From contig JASGJR010000001.1 in assembly GCA_047601265.1 (NCBI GenBank), positions 500,802 through 564,801 on the forward strand: 64,000 nt of DNA, given 5' to 3'. The DNA comes from Terricaulis sp. GTDB lineage: Bacteria > Pseudomonadota > Alphaproteobacteria > Caulobacterales > Aquidulcibacteraceae. Under the pieces are notes generated by a model. That model saw nothing but the letters and a program-made list of their open reading frames with translations, was not told where the DNA came from and made no database searches. This document shows, in pieces, positions 32,073 to 41,844 of the stretch; position 1 is the stretch's first letter, and every line of letters starts with the position of its first letter. Both the position numbers and the translations under genes were made by a program.

Positions 32073-33638
32073 TTATGCCGCCTTCGCCTCAGCGAACCGC
32101 TCCGCGGCCATGCGCTGCAACACGACATAGTCGATCTTGCCTGAGCCCAGCAGCGGGATTTCCTCGACTGAGACGACGCGTTTGGGGATCGCCAGTTCGC
32201 TAGCGCCGTGCTCCTTGGCCCACGTTGAAAGCTGGGTGATATCGGCATCGGCCAGATCCGTGAAAAGAATGATGCGCTCGCCCTTGCGCGAGTCCGGCAA
32301 GGCTACCGCCGCGTGTGTGTTGTGCGGCCAAACCTGCGTCGCGTATCCCTCGACGGCATTCAGCGACACCATCTCGCCGCCAACTTTGGCAAAGCGCTTC
32401 ACGCGCCCGAGGATGCGGATGTAACCGTCTTCATCTACATCAACGACGTCGCCAGTGTCATGCCAGCCTTGCGGCAGCAGATCGATTCCGAATGGTTTGG
32501 TGGGGTCGAGATAGCCGCGCATCACATTGGGGCCGCGCACAAAGAGGCGCTTGCCGCCCTCGATGCCGGGCACGGCTTCGAGCCGCCATTCGATAGCGGG
32601 CACAAACTGACCGACGCTGCCATAGCGGTTACGGCCTGGCACGTTCACGGCAATCAGCGGCGAGGCTTCCGTCGCGCCGTAGCCCTCAAGCAGCTCAACG
32701 CCGAAGCGCTTCATGTAGGTTTCGCGAGTCTCCGGTTTCACGCGCTCCGCGCCGAGCACCATGAGACGGATGCATTTCATGTCTTCGTCATCGGCATTGC
32801 GGGCATATTGCTGCGCGAACGTATCGGTCGCGAAAAACACGTTGGAGCCGGTGTCTTTGATCAGTTTGGGAATCTCCTTCACCGCAAGCGGCGAGGGAAA
32901 CAGGAAAGCTTTGTGGCCGGTGAAAAGCGGCAACAACACACCGCCAAGCAAACCGAACGAATGAAACATCGGCAGCGGCGAGAAAAAGCTCCAGTCGGGT
33001 TCGAACGGAACGTGGGAGTAGCCTTGCTCAACATTGGCCACCAGGTTGGCATGCGAAAGCACCGCGCCCTTTGGCGTGCCATAAGAACCAGAGGTGAAAA
33101 GGATGACTGCCGTATCGTCCGGCGAGCCCTTAGCCGCGAACACGCGAGGGAGCGCGCCTTTGACCAGCGCGACAATCTTGTCGCCGAAGTCGATGCTCTT
33201 GCGGACGTCCTCAAGATAGATCAGCTTCGCGTGCTTCGAGAGCTCTGCCTCAAGCGCTTCGAGTTTTCCCAACTTAATGAAAGCGCGCGAGGTGAGAATC
33301 TTGCGCACATTGGCCTGCTCGATGCCGGCGCGAATATTCATGATCCCGGCGGTGAAATTGATCATGGCCGGCGTGCGGCCAATCGCCTGCAATGCAAAGA
33401 ACGTCACTGCGCAACCAGCGCCCGTGGGCAGCATGACGCCGACGGTCTCGCTCTTCTTGATCAGTGTATCGAGTTTGCCCCCGAGCGCGAACGCGGCGCG
33501 GACGATGTCATCGTACGCCAACGGCTTGCGGTCGTGATCCTCAAGGATCTTGTATTTCCCCCCCCGCAGATCGCGGGCTCGTAGCAACGCTTCGAATAAG
33601 GTGACGCGCGTACGCGCCAACTCGAAAGGATGCGTCAT
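32073..33638 (-). CDS. AMP-dependent acyl synthetase/ligase (Aas-type acyl-ACP/CoA synthetase-like)
   Basis: AMP-binding motif ILFTSGSYGTPKGAVLSH, then YGATE, TGDVVDVDEDGY and a C-terminal KIDY-type lysine. Confidence 0.85.
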   Translation of the reverse strand: MTHPFELARTRVTLFEALLRARDLRGGKYKILEDHDRKPLAYDDIVRAAFALGGKLDTLIKKSETVGVMLPTGAGCAVTFFALQAIGRTPAMINFTAGIMNIRAGIEQANVRKILTSRAFIKLGKLEALEAELSKHAKLIYLEDVRKSIDFGDKIVALVKGALPRVFAAKGSPDDTAVILFTSGSYGTPKGAVLSHANLVANVEQGYSHVPFEPDWSFFSPLPMFHSFGLLGGVLLPLFTGHKAFLFPSPLAVKEIPKLIKDTGSNVFFATDTFAQQYARNADDEDMKCIRLMVLGAERVKPETRETYMKRFGVELLEGYGATEASPLIAVNVPGRNRYGSVGQFVPAIEWRLEAVPGIEGGKRLFVRGPNVMRGYLDPTKPFGIDLLPQGWHDTGDVVDVDEDGYIRILGRVKRFAKVGGEMVSLNAVEGYATQVWPHNTHAAVALPDSRKGERIILFTDLADADITQLSTWAKEHGASELAIPKRVVSVEEIPLLGSGKIDYVVLQRMAAERFAEAKAA

Positions 33639-33849
33639 TGGAGTGCTGCCTCCGAAAGTCTTTTCCGCCCATCGCCGGCCCGGGGCAGGGGTCCAGCGCT
33701 CCCGCGTGATTATTGTTTCACGGTTGTAACAGAGCCTAACCAGCGGGAACGATTTGGCAAGTCATGGGCGCCACCCGGGGTATGATCCTGCAAACGCGCC
33801 ATCCGCCCCAGGCGTTGCGGGACAAGGCCAGGAGGCTCATCTTGGCGGC

Positions 33850-34818
33850 GTGACCACGTTGATTGATTTGCGCGCCGATGGGGAGCGCGAGCGCCCCCGC
33901 CATCCTGAAAAGGAAGGCCGGCCAGACACGCCTAGCCCCCGCAAACCCGACTGGATTCGGGTAAAAGCGCCCACCAGCGCCGGCTACCGCGAGACCAAAG
34001 CATTGGTGCGCGACCTCAAGCTCCACACTGTGTGTGAAGAGGCCAGCTGCCCAAACATCGGTGAGTGCTGGAGCCAGAAGCACGCCACGTTCATGATCCT
34101 CGGCGGCATCTGCACGCGCGCCTGCAGCTTCTGCAACGTGTCGACTGGCAAACCGCTGCCGCTTGACCCCGACGAGGCGAAGAACGTCGCACACGCCACC
34201 GCGACCATGGGGTTGACCCACGTTGTCGTGACAAGCGTAGACCGTGACGACCTCGAAGATGGCGGCGCTGATCACTTCGTGCAGACCATCAAGGCCATCC
34301 GGCGCGCCGCGCCGCTGACGACGATCGAAATCCTCACGCCGGACTTTCTGCGCAAGCCCGGGGCAGCAGAGCGCGTCATCGACGCCAAACCTGACGTGTT
34401 CAATCACAATCTTGAGACGGTTCCACGGCTTTATCACTCGATCAGGCCGGGCGCGCGTTATTATCAATCGCTGCGCTTGCTCGATTCTGTGAAGCAGCGC
34501 GACCCATCGCAATTCACGAAGTCCGGCCTGATGGTCGGTCTGGGCGAAGCAAAGGATGAAGTGTTGCAGGTGATGGACGATCTGCGTGTCGCGGGCGTCG
34601 ATTTCCTGACCATTGGCCAATATCTGCAGCCAACCAAAAAACACGCCGGTATCGACCGCTTCTGGTCGCCCGATGAATTCAAAGCACTTGAAACCATCGC
34701 CTATGCAAAGGGCTTTCTGATGGTGTCGGCGTCGCCCTTGACGCGGTCCTCGCACCACGCCGGCGACGACTTCCGCAAGCTACGCGCCGCACGCGACTCT
34801 GCCCTCGCGCAACGCTAA
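33850..34818 (+). CDS. lipA: lipoyl synthase
   Basis: [12 protein letters not shown] and [10 protein letters not shown] Fe-S motifs are present. GTG 33850 gives a ~322-aa product with the usual RHPEK...[11 protein letters not shown]-terminus. Confidence 0.95.
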   Translation: MTTLIDLRADGERERPRHPEKEGRPDTPSPRKPDWIRVKAPTSAGYRETKALVRDLKLHTVCEEASCPNIGECWSQKHATFMILGGICTRACSFCNVSTGKPLPLDPDEAKNVAHATATMGLTHVVVTSVDRDDLEDGGADHFVQTIKAIRRAAPLTTIEILTPDFLRKPGAAERVIDAKPDVFNHNLETVPRLYHSIRPGARYYQSLRLLDSVKQRDPSQFTKSGLMVGLGEAKDEVLQVMDDLRVAGVDFLTIGQYLQPTKKHAGIDRFWSPDEFKALETIAYAKGFLMVSASPLTRSSHHAGDDFRKLRAARDSALAQR

Positions 34819-34821
34819 TTC

Positions 34822-35274
34822 ATGGCGCGGACAGTCATCGAAGCGGAGCGCGTGCTGCCATACGCACCCGCCGATCTCTGCCGTCTGGTTGGCGATGTGC
34901 GCGTCTATCCGGAGTTCGTCCCGTTTTTGAAAACGCTGCGTGTGCTGCGAGAGACGCCGCTGCCTGAAGGCGGTTGGCAGGGCGTCGCCGCGGCTGAAGT
35001 TGGTTGGAAGGCCATTAGCGTCCATTTTTCCACCAGCGTGCGCTGCGATCCCGAGAAGGGAGAGGTGAAGGTCGACCTTGTCCAAGGCCCGCTGCACTCG
35101 CTGCAGAACAAGTGGTGGTTCACGCCTCATGAAAAGGGCGCGCACGTGCGCTACTGGATCGCGTACGAGTTCAAGAACCCGCTGCTGCAAGCGGCGATTT
35201 CCGCTAACCGCGAAAAACTCGCGGGCCGCATCATGGCTGCATTTGAAACCGAAGCGCGCCGCCGGCTTGGTTAG
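34822..35274 (+). CDS. SRPBCC/START-fold protein (RatA / COQ10-like)
   Basis: 150 aa with YPEFVPF...W.F pattern. It occupies the conserved position after lipA. Confidence 0.7.
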   Translation: MARTVIEAERVLPYAPADLCRLVGDVRVYPEFVPFLKTLRVLRETPLPEGGWQGVAAAEVGWKAISVHFSTSVRCDPEKGEVKVDLVQGPLHSLQNKWWFTPHEKGAHVRYWIAYEFKNPLLQAAISANREKLAGRIMAAFETEARRRLG

Positions 35275-35762
35275 TCAATGAGCCGGGCGACAAGATCGAA
35301 CGCGGCCAGCACCGTTTCCGCCTGCACACGCCGGCGTCCGATGTCGCCAAACCGGCGCTCTTCGTGCAGGCGCGCGCCACCACGCCGGGCAGCGGCGAGA
35401 TGCACCAACCCTACAGGCTTATCTGAGCTGCCGCCGTCGGGCCCGGCAATACCCGTCACTGCCACCGCCAAGTCTGCGCGGCTGTGTTTCAACGCGCCTT
35501 CCGCCATCGCGCGGGCAACCTCAGCGCTCACCGCCCCCTTGGTGGCGATCAGGTCGGCAGGCACGCCGAGCAACTCGGTCTTTGCCGCGTTCGAGTAGGT
35601 AACGAACCCACGCTCCAGCATGTTCGACGCGCCAGGCACCGCGCCCAGCGTCGCCGCAATCAATCCAGCCGTGCAACTTTCGGCCGTCACCAGGGTCAAC
35701 GCGCTGGCGCGGCCGCGCTTCAGCAATTGCTCGGCATGGCCAATGTCGCCGTCGTCTCGCAT
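35271..35762 (-). CDS. CinA-family nicotinamide-nucleotide amidohydrolase domain protein (PncC-like)
   Basis: Motifs TAESCTAGL, VTYSNAAK and AVTGIAGPDGG are present. Confidence 0.85.
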   Translation of the reverse strand: MRDDGDIGHAEQLLKRGRASALTLVTAESCTAGLIAATLGAVPGASNMLERGFVTYSNAAKTELLGVPADLIATKGAVSAEVARAMAEGALKHSRADLAVAVTGIAGPDGGSSDKPVGLVHLAAARRGGARLHEERRFGDIGRRRVQAETVLAAFDLVARLID

Positions 35763-35846
35763 GCCCGGGAGATACCGCGTAGCCGCTCAAAACGCCATTC
35801 CCCTGAATCGATGCGAATGGCAGGAAGGGGCCGATGGGGAGGGACA

Positions 35847-38627
35847 ATGCAGGTCTTGGCGCGGCGGTTCGCGGCTCCCGTTTTTGCGCTAGCGCTGTTT
35901 TCCAGCGCAGTGCTCATCTTCACGTTGCAGCCGCTGTTTGCGCGCATGGTGACGCCGTTGCTCGGCGGTTCGCCGGCGGTCTGGAACACCTCGATGGTGT
36001 TTTTCCAAGCCGCGTTGCTCGTCGGCTATGTCTACGCGCACCTGTTGGCGCGGCTGAAGGATGTGCGTCTGCAAGCGCTCATCCACGCGCTCGTGTTGGC
36101 AATCGCATGGTTAGCGCTCCCGGTACACGTGAGCATGCTTTTCGGCGAACCTGACACCAACCGGCCGGTGATTTGGCTGCTCGGCGTGTTGACTGTCTCG
36201 GTTGGCGCGCCGTTCGCGGCGGCATCGGCAACCGCGCCGCTCTTGCAAGCATGGTTTGCCCGCACCGGCCGCGAGGACGCTAGCGATCCCTATTATCTCT
36301 ACGCTGCCAGCAATCTCGGCAGTTTCGTCGGTTTGCTCGCCTATCCGGTCATCATCGAGCCGCTGCTCGGCGCGCACGCGCAAAGCCAAGTGTGGACAGC
36401 GGGCTACGTAATCGTCGCGGCCCTAATTGTTGCGGCCGGTTTAGTCGCCGTACGCGCCAGGGGCGTGGCTGCCCCCACAGCACCGCACCTCGATGCGGCG
36501 CCGACTTGGCGCAAGCGCTTCTACTGGATGGCGGCTGCGGCAGTCCCATCCGCGCTCACGCTCGGCGTAACGCTACACATCTCCACAGACGTTGCTTCAG
36601 CGCCGATGCTGTGGGTCATTCCGTTGGCGCTTTACTTGGCCACGTTCATCATTGCGTTCATGCGCAACAGCGAGCGTGTTCGCGGCCTTGCGTTGTTTTG
36701 GCATCCGATCGCCATGGCGATCCTGATTGCGTCCTACTACGTCACCAGCAATTGGCTTGGATCAATCGCCGGAATCTTGTTCGGCTTTTTCTTGAGCGCG
36801 TTGATTTGCCATTTGGCGCTGGCCAGCGCACGGCCGAGCGCCGACCGGCTGACAGAATTCTATTTGTTCGTGTCGCTCGGCGGCGTGTTGGGCGGAGCGT
36901 TTGCGGCCTTGTTGGCGCCGCTCATCTTCAATGATGTCTACGAGTATCCGTTGGCGCTCGCGGCGGCCTGTTTGTTCAGACCACGGAGCGACAATAGCGA
37001 CTCGCCGCGGCTGCTCGACGCCACAGTTGGCGCTTCGGGCTTGCTTGCGGTGTTGGCGCTGTTGATGAGCAAGCTCGCGGCGCTCGATGCCGCGCTATTC
37101 GCCGGCGCGATCGGAGCGGCACTGGGAATTGTCGCTGCCGGTTTTGGAGACGAGCGCAGGCCGGCCGCGGCGCGCTACGCGCTGTTCGGCATTTCGCTAG
37201 CTTTGTCGTTGCTGTCCCTGTGGGCCGTCCTGCATCTGCGCCAGCAGGGCGATGTCTTTGATCACTTTGCAAGTCCTGGCGTCGAGCGCGCCGAACTGCG
37301 GGCGCCCTGGTCGCTGATCCTTTTGGTTTTGAGCTTCTTGATGCTGACGTTCTGCGTGCACGGCACCATTCAGCGCCGACGCGAAGGGGACACCGTCATT
37401 GCGAACTACGCCTATGGCGCGGCGATCCCCGCCGCGATGCTGTTGGCGATGCTGTCCATCATCGGATCGCGTCTCGACGCAACAAGCATGACCATGATCG
37501 CCGTGCTGTTCTGCGGCATCGGGCTGCTCTTCAACCGTGGGCGCCCGGCATTCATGACCGGCATCGTGCTCGTGGCGTTCCTCGCGATCTTTCTGAAGGA
37601 GGATCGCGGCGCGCCGATCCTCGATCAGCAGCGAACATTCTTCGGGGTTTTGCGGACGCGGCTGTATATCAACGATAACGGTGTTCCGCCCGAGCGCGCC
37701 TTGCTGCATGGCACCACGCTGCACGGCGCCCAGGTGGCCGATCCCCGCTATACGCGCGCGCCGCTGACTTACTACTATCCGGATACTTCGCTCGGGGAGG
37801 CCATTACGACGAGCGTGCGAATGCATGCGCATGCGAATGTCGCGCTGATCGGCCTGGGAACCGGTTCGACGTCATGCCTCATGCGCCCGGGCGATAACCT
37901 GACCATCTTCGAAATTGATCCCGCCGTAGTGCGGCTTTCGGCCAATCACGGTTCGCAATTCACGTTTGTCCGCAATTGCCAGCCCAACGCGCGCGTCTCG
38001 CTGGGCGATGCGCGCCTGCAGATCGCGCATGAGCCGGATAACAGCTTCAACGTCATTGTCGTCGACGCGTTTTCATCCGACGCCATTCCCGCGCACTTGC
38101 TGACGCGGGAGGCCATTGCACTGTATCTGCGCAAAGCCGCGCCCGATGGCATCGTCATTCTGCACCTCTCGAACCGCAATTTGGCGCTGGTCTCCGAGGC
38201 GGCCCGGGTCGCGCGCGACCTCAATGTGCCGACGCTTTATCGCCTCAGCGATTCAATCAATCTGCCGTATGCGCAGCCGTATTCCGGCTCGGCCGCCAGT
38301 ACGATGATCGTGGCCCGCAACCCGCAGACCCTCGGCAATTTCCCGCAACGTTTTCCATGGCGCGTTATCGTTGCCCCGCCGGGACGTGGGTGGTCGGATG
38401 ACTACATCAATCTGCCGCGTGCGTTGTGGGAAGGGGCCCTCACCCGCACGCTCGGCGATCTCGGGTTCCCGGTCGCGCATTCGGAAGAATGTGTTCTGTA
38501 TCCGGACACAAAAGGTTGCGGCCATTCTCCTACGCCGGACGCAACAACGTCGCCACCGCCTGAGCCGCCAGGCCCTCCTCGCGGCCGGCAAAGCCCATCC
38601 GCTCCGTCGTCGTCGCCTTCACACTGA
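35847..38627 (+). CDS. large polytopic membrane protein fused to a C-terminal spermidine-synthase-like (class I methyltransferase fold) domain
   Basis: Starts MQVLARRFAAPVFALALFSSAVLIFTLQP. Many hydrophobic segments over ~650 aa are followed by LIGLGTGST...IFEIDP...VIVVDAFSSDAIPAHL...GIVILH. The upstream 121 codons of the track ORF are antisense to cinA and are rejected. Confidence 0.7.
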   Translation: MQVLARRFAAPVFALALFSSAVLIFTLQPLFARMVTPLLGGSPAVWNTSMVFFQAALLVGYVYAHLLARLKDVRLQALIHALVLAIAWLALPVHVSMLFGEPDTNRPVIWLLGVLTVSVGAPFAAASATAPLLQAWFARTGREDASDPYYLYAASNLGSFVGLLAYPVIIEPLLGAHAQSQVWTAGYVIVAALIVAAGLVAVRARGVAAPTAPHLDAAPTWRKRFYWMAAAAVPSALTLGVTLHISTDVASAPMLWVIPLALYLATFIIAFMRNSERVRGLALFWHPIAMAILIASYYVTSNWLGSIAGILFGFFLSALICHLALASARPSADRLTEFYLFVSLGGVLGGAFAALLAPLIFNDVYEYPLALAAACLFRPRSDNSDSPRLLDATVGASGLLAVLALLMSKLAALDAALFAGAIGAALGIVAAGFGDERRPAAARYALFGISLALSLLSLWAVLHLRQQGDVFDHFASPGVERAELRAPWSLILLVLSFLMLTFCVHGTIQRRREGDTVIANYAYGAAIPAAMLLAMLSIIGSRLDATSMTMIAVLFCGIGLLFNRGRPAFMTGIVLVAFLAIFLKEDRGAPILDQQRTFFGVLRTRLYINDNGVPPERALLHGTTLHGAQVADPRYTRAPLTYYYPDTSLGEAITTSVRMHAHANVALIGLGTGSTSCLMRPGDNLTIFEIDPAVVRLSANHGSQFTFVRNCQPNARVSLGDARLQIAHEPDNSFNVIVVDAFSSDAIPAHLLTREAIALYLRKAAPDGIVILHLSNRNLALVSEAARVARDLNVPTLYRLSDSINLPYAQPYSGSAASTMIVARNPQTLGNFPQRFPWRVIVAPPGRGWSDDYINLPRALWEGALTRTLGDLGFPVAHSEECVLYPDTKGCGHSPTPDATTSPPPEPPGPPRGRQSPSAPSSSPSH

Positions 38628-39678
38628 CGCGCGAGAGGGGGAGGGCCAGCACTTCAGAGGTTCGTGCGCGCATCGCTTCGCGGTGCGGCCCGACTTTCGG
38701 CGCTTCACAAATCAATGTGATGTCCACATGCATGATCTGTGCGTCAGCCTGCTGCGCAAGCTGTGCGGCATGTCGCAAGAACGTTTCAGAATTTGCGCCT
38801 TTCCATTGCGGATCGCTCGGCGGGAAGTGCGTGCCGATATCACCTGCACCGAGCGCGCCGAGTATGGCGTCAACCAACGCATGCCAACCCACGTCGGCGT
38901 CGGAATGCCCGATGACGCCGCGACCGTGCGGCACGCGCACGCCGCACAACATCACATGACCACCATCGCCAAAGCGATGCGCGTCGAACCCGGTCCCCAC
39001 ACACGGTGTCCGCGCTCCACCAAGCAAATGTTCGAGCATGGAGAAATCCTCGGCGTAAGTGAGCTTCATCAGGCGCGGCTCACCAGGGATGATAATCGTG
39101 CGGCCGCCGTGTGCGCGTACGACGGCAAGATCATCGGTGAATGACGCGCCCACAGGCGCGACGGCGTAGGCAGCGCGGAGCATGGCGCCGCGAAAAGCTT
39201 GCGGCGTCTGCACCGCAGCGAGTTCGGCGCGTTCGACTTCACCAATGATGTGGCCCGCACCATCTGTGCGCCGCAAGGAATCGACCACCGGCAACGCCGG
39301 CGCCGCGCCATCCGCCCCAGCTTCAATCGCGGCAACGAGTGTGCGCACCATGCGCGGCGTCAGGCCTGGCCGGGCCGCGTCGTGAATGAGGACCACGTCA
39401 GCGTCCACGAGCGCAGTGAGACCCGCGCGGACGGACGCGGTCCGGGTGGCGCCACCCTCGACAATCGTCGCCGTCGGCGTGTTGGCCAACGCTGCGCGTG
39501 CGAAATCGGCCTGGTCCGCACCGATTGCTACGACGATTTTTTCAGCGCCGGCTTCGGACAGCGCCCGAACCGACCAAGACAACACGGAGCGACCGAGTAA
39601 AAGCCGGAATTGCTTAGGTATTTCTCCCCCAGCACGGACGCCGCCACCGGCTGCTACGATGAGCGCGCCGACACTCAT
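38530..39678 (-). CDS. ispDF: bifunctional 2-C-methyl-D-erythritol 4-phosphate cytidylyltransferase / 2,4-cyclodiphosphate synthase
   Basis: IspD motifs (ALIVAAGGG.R, IHDAARP, VQTPQAF) are fused to IspF motifs (GTGFDAHRF, GHSDADV). Confidence 0.95.
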   Translation of the reverse strand: MSVGALIVAAGGGVRAGGEIPKQFRLLLGRSVLSWSVRALSEAGAEKIVVAIGADQADFARAALANTPTATIVEGGATRTASVRAGLTALVDADVVLIHDAARPGLTPRMVRTLVAAIEAGADGAAPALPVVDSLRRTDGAGHIIGEVERAELAAVQTPQAFRGAMLRAAYAVAPVGASFTDDLAVVRAHGGRTIIIPGEPRLMKLTYAEDFSMLEHLLGGARTPCVGTGFDAHRFGDGGHVMLCGVRVPHGRGVIGHSDADVGWHALVDAILGALGAGDIGTHFPPSDPQWKGANSETFLRHAAQLAQQADAQIMHVDITLICEAPKVGPHREAMRARTSEVLALPLSRVSVKATTTERMGFAGREEGLAAQAVATLLRPA

Positions 39679-39778
39679 GGATTGGAGAAATCCCACCGTA
39701 CGTGTTGCATTGCAGCATGAAATCCTTGGCGCCTTCTTTTTAGGCGCCCTAGAGTGCCTGTCGCGAGGGCCGAAACCG

Positions 39779-40762
39779 ATGTCCGGTTTGAACCAATTTC
39801 CGCCGCTTGTCTCGCTCGCCCCCATGGCGGGCGTGACCGACATTCCGTTCCGGCGGCAAGTGAAGGCCTTCGGCGGCAGCTACTGCGTTTCAGAGATGGT
39901 TGCCTCAGAGCAATTGGCGCGGGACCGCATCGACATGGTGCGACGTGCTGCTGGCGCCGACATCATCAAGCCGCTCGTTGTCCAACTCGCGGGGCGCGAG
40001 CCAAAGTGGATGGCGGAAGGGGCGCGTCTCGCGGAGCAGGCTGGCGCCGACATCATCGACATCAACATGGGCTGTCCCGCCAAGAGCGTGACGAGCGGCC
40101 TCTGCGGTTCCGCGCTCATGCGCGATCCAGACCAAGCCCTGCGCTTAGTCGAAGCCACTGTCTCCGCGACCACGCTGCCGGTGACCCTGAAGATGCGCCT
40201 AGGTTGGGACGACACGAGTTTGAATGCCGCCGACATCGCCTGCCGCGCCGAAGCCGCCGGCGTCCGCATGCTCACCGTCCATGGGCGCACGCGGCAACAA
40301 TTCTTCCGAGGCAGCGCCAACTGGGCCGCTATCGCCGATGTCGTGCAGGCTGTGCAGATACCGGTGATCGCGAATGGCGACATCGCTAGCGCTGCAGCCG
40401 CACGTCGCGCGCTTCAATTGTCCGGCGCTGCGGGGGTTATGATTGGACGCGCGGCGCAAGGGAAGCCGTGGTTGCCGGGGGCAATCGAACGCGCATTGCG
40501 AAACGGTGGCGAGGCAATGCCGCCCCCGCGCGCAGCGTTGCTGCAAAGCCTGCTTGCGCTCTACGACGACACGCTCGCTTTCTATGACGTTGGCCTCGGC
40601 GTTCGGGTGGCGCGCAAACACATCGCCTGGTCCATCGATGCGAACTTTGGCGAGCCAGCACGGCAGACGCGCAAGCACATTTGCACACTCGAAGAACCGG
40701 CGCGCGTACGCGCGGCGCTGATCGAGTTGTTCGAAGGCGATGATGAAAGGGCCGCCGCATGA
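39779..40762 (+). CDS. dusB: tRNA-dihydrouridine synthase B
   Basis: Motifs LAPMAGVTDIPFR, IDINMGCPAK, LTVHGRTR and ANGDI are present. It occupies the conserved position upstream of ntrB. Confidence 0.9.
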   Translation: MSGLNQFPPLVSLAPMAGVTDIPFRRQVKAFGGSYCVSEMVASEQLARDRIDMVRRAAGADIIKPLVVQLAGREPKWMAEGARLAEQAGADIIDINMGCPAKSVTSGLCGSALMRDPDQALRLVEATVSATTLPVTLKMRLGWDDTSLNAADIACRAEAAGVRMLTVHGRTRQQFFRGSANWAAIADVVQAVQIPVIANGDIASAAAARRALQLSGAAGVMIGRAAQGKPWLPGAIERALRNGGEAMPPPRAALLQSLLALYDDTLAFYDVGLGVRVARKHIAWSIDANFGEPARQTRKHICTLEEPARVRAALIELFEGDDERAAA

Positions 40763-41844
40763 GCGATCCTGTCGTCCGTCCACTGCCTGCACGATCTTCC
40801 GCGCCGGACGCGGAACGCTGGATGGAGGCCTTGCCTGCGCCTGTCATCGGCATTGATCCCGGTGAACGCATTCGCTTCGTCAACGCCGCGGCGGCCGAAT
40901 TGCTCGCCGGCGTCGGCCGCGGGCTGCTTGGCCGACGCCTCGACGAGATCTTCGGGCAGGACGCACAACTGCTGGCGATCGTCCGCCGCGCTCTTGCTGA
41001 GAACGCTGGCGTGGCTGAAGCCGAGGCGCCCTTGATCGGACCGGGCTTCGCGCTCGGGCGAGCAAGCGTTGCTGCTGGACCGGTGGGCGACAATGGCTAC
41101 GTCGCGCTGGTGCTGACGCGGCCACCGCGGGTGCGCGCCACACCGCTCGCCGGTGGCGTGAACGCCGCCACACGCACGCTGGCTCACGAAGTCCGCAATC
41201 CGCTGGCCGGCATTCGGGCCGCGGCGCAGCTGATCGAGCGCAGCGATGACAAGGACTCCGCGGCCTTGGCCAAGCTGATCTGCGACGAAGTCGACCGCAT
41301 TCGCCGTTTGACTGACCGCATCGATCCGGTGGGGGCCATGGAGCCCGCGCAATTCGAGCACGCCAATATCCACGAGGTTCTAAATCGCGTCCGTCAGCTG
41401 ATCGGATCGAGCGCGCCCGATGTGATGATCATCGAGCGCTACGACCCGAGCCTGCCCACCGTGCACGGCGATTTCGATCAATTGATCCAGGCCTTCTTGA
41501 ACATTGCCAAAAATGCCGCCGAAGCGGTGGCCGGTCAGGATGATGGCGAGATCAATCTCATCACATCGTATCGGCCAGGTGTTCGCATTCGCTCGGCCGC
41601 AAGCGGCGTCGCGCGTGCGCAACTTGAAGTCCGCGTCATCGATAACGGTCCGGGCCTGCACCCTGATGTCGCCGAGCGTCTGTTCGAGGCATTCGCCACC
41701 ACCAAGACATCCGGCATGGGGCTCGGGCTCACCGTCGCTGCCGAGATCATTGCGCGCCATGACGGCCGCATCGAAGTCGAAAGCCAGCCGGGCCGCACCG
41801 AGTTCAAAGTTCTTCTCCCCATCGATTCTGACGAGGCGCCATGA
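40759..41844 (+). CDS. ntrB: nitrogen regulation sensor histidine kinase
   Basis: A PAS-like N-terminus, the H-box HEVRNPLAGI and N/G boxes (NIAKNA, DNGPG, GMGLGL) are present. ATGA overlap with dusB. Confidence 0.85.
   Translation: MSDPVVRPLPARSSAPDAERWMEALPAPVIGIDPGERIRFVNAAAAELLAGVGRGLLGRRLDEIFGQDAQLLAIVRRALAENAGVAEAEAPLIGPGFALGRASVAAGPVGDNGYVALVLTRPPRVRATPLAGGVNAATRTLAHEVRNPLAGIRAAAQLIERSDDKDSAALAKLICDEVDRIRRLTDRIDPVGAMEPAQFEHANIHEVLNRVRQLIGSSAPDVMIIERYDPSLPTVHGDFDQLIQAFLNIAKNAAEAVAGQDDGEINLITSYRPGVRIRSAASGVARAQLEVRVIDNGPGLHPDVAERLFEAFATTKTSGMGLGLTVAAEIIARHDGRIEVESQPGRTEFKVLLPIDSDEAP

Noticed and set aside
33558-33565. A C8 homopolymer (G8 on the coding strand) inside the acyl synthetase gene as a possible phase-variation tract.
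   Set aside because: The gene is in frame (encoding RGGK). There is a single tract, no contingency-locus context, and no evidence of length heterogeneity in a single sequence.
33736-34758. Long antisense ORFs opposite real genes. Examples are 340 aa opposite lipA, 423 aa at 32313-33584 opposite the acyl synthetase, 377 aa at 52136-53269 opposite mazG, 343 aa at 1660-2691, and 352 aa at 57289-58347.
   Set aside because: Their translations are Arg/Ala/Gly/His-rich with no recognisable motifs. Each lies fully antisense to a gene with strong family signatures. This is the typical stop-codon-poor shadow-ORF behaviour of GC-rich DNA.
34822-35274. RatA-like protein as a possible type II toxin-antitoxin toxin.
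   Set aside because: No small antitoxin partner is adjacent. The gene sits in the conserved lipA-downstream housekeeping position and looks like an SRPBCC/COQ10-type lipid-binding protein.
35484-35846. The N-terminal 121 codons of the 1047-aa track ORF. Similar 5' extensions occur on trpE, pyrG, eno, dusB, ispDF, tatD, hfq and hflX.
   Set aside because: The extensions are Arg-rich, overlap neighbouring genes or their antisense strand, and precede an internal ATG that reproduces the canonical family N-terminus. The internal starts were chosen instead.
38530-38627. The 98-nt convergent overlap of the membrane/spermidine-synthase-like gene with ispDF as a functional overlapping-gene arrangement.
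   Set aside because: The overlapping tail is Pro/Ser-rich low-complexity sequence after the family-typical C-terminus. It is most simply explained by the absence of a stop codon on the antisense of ispF. It is mentioned under the corresponding finding only.
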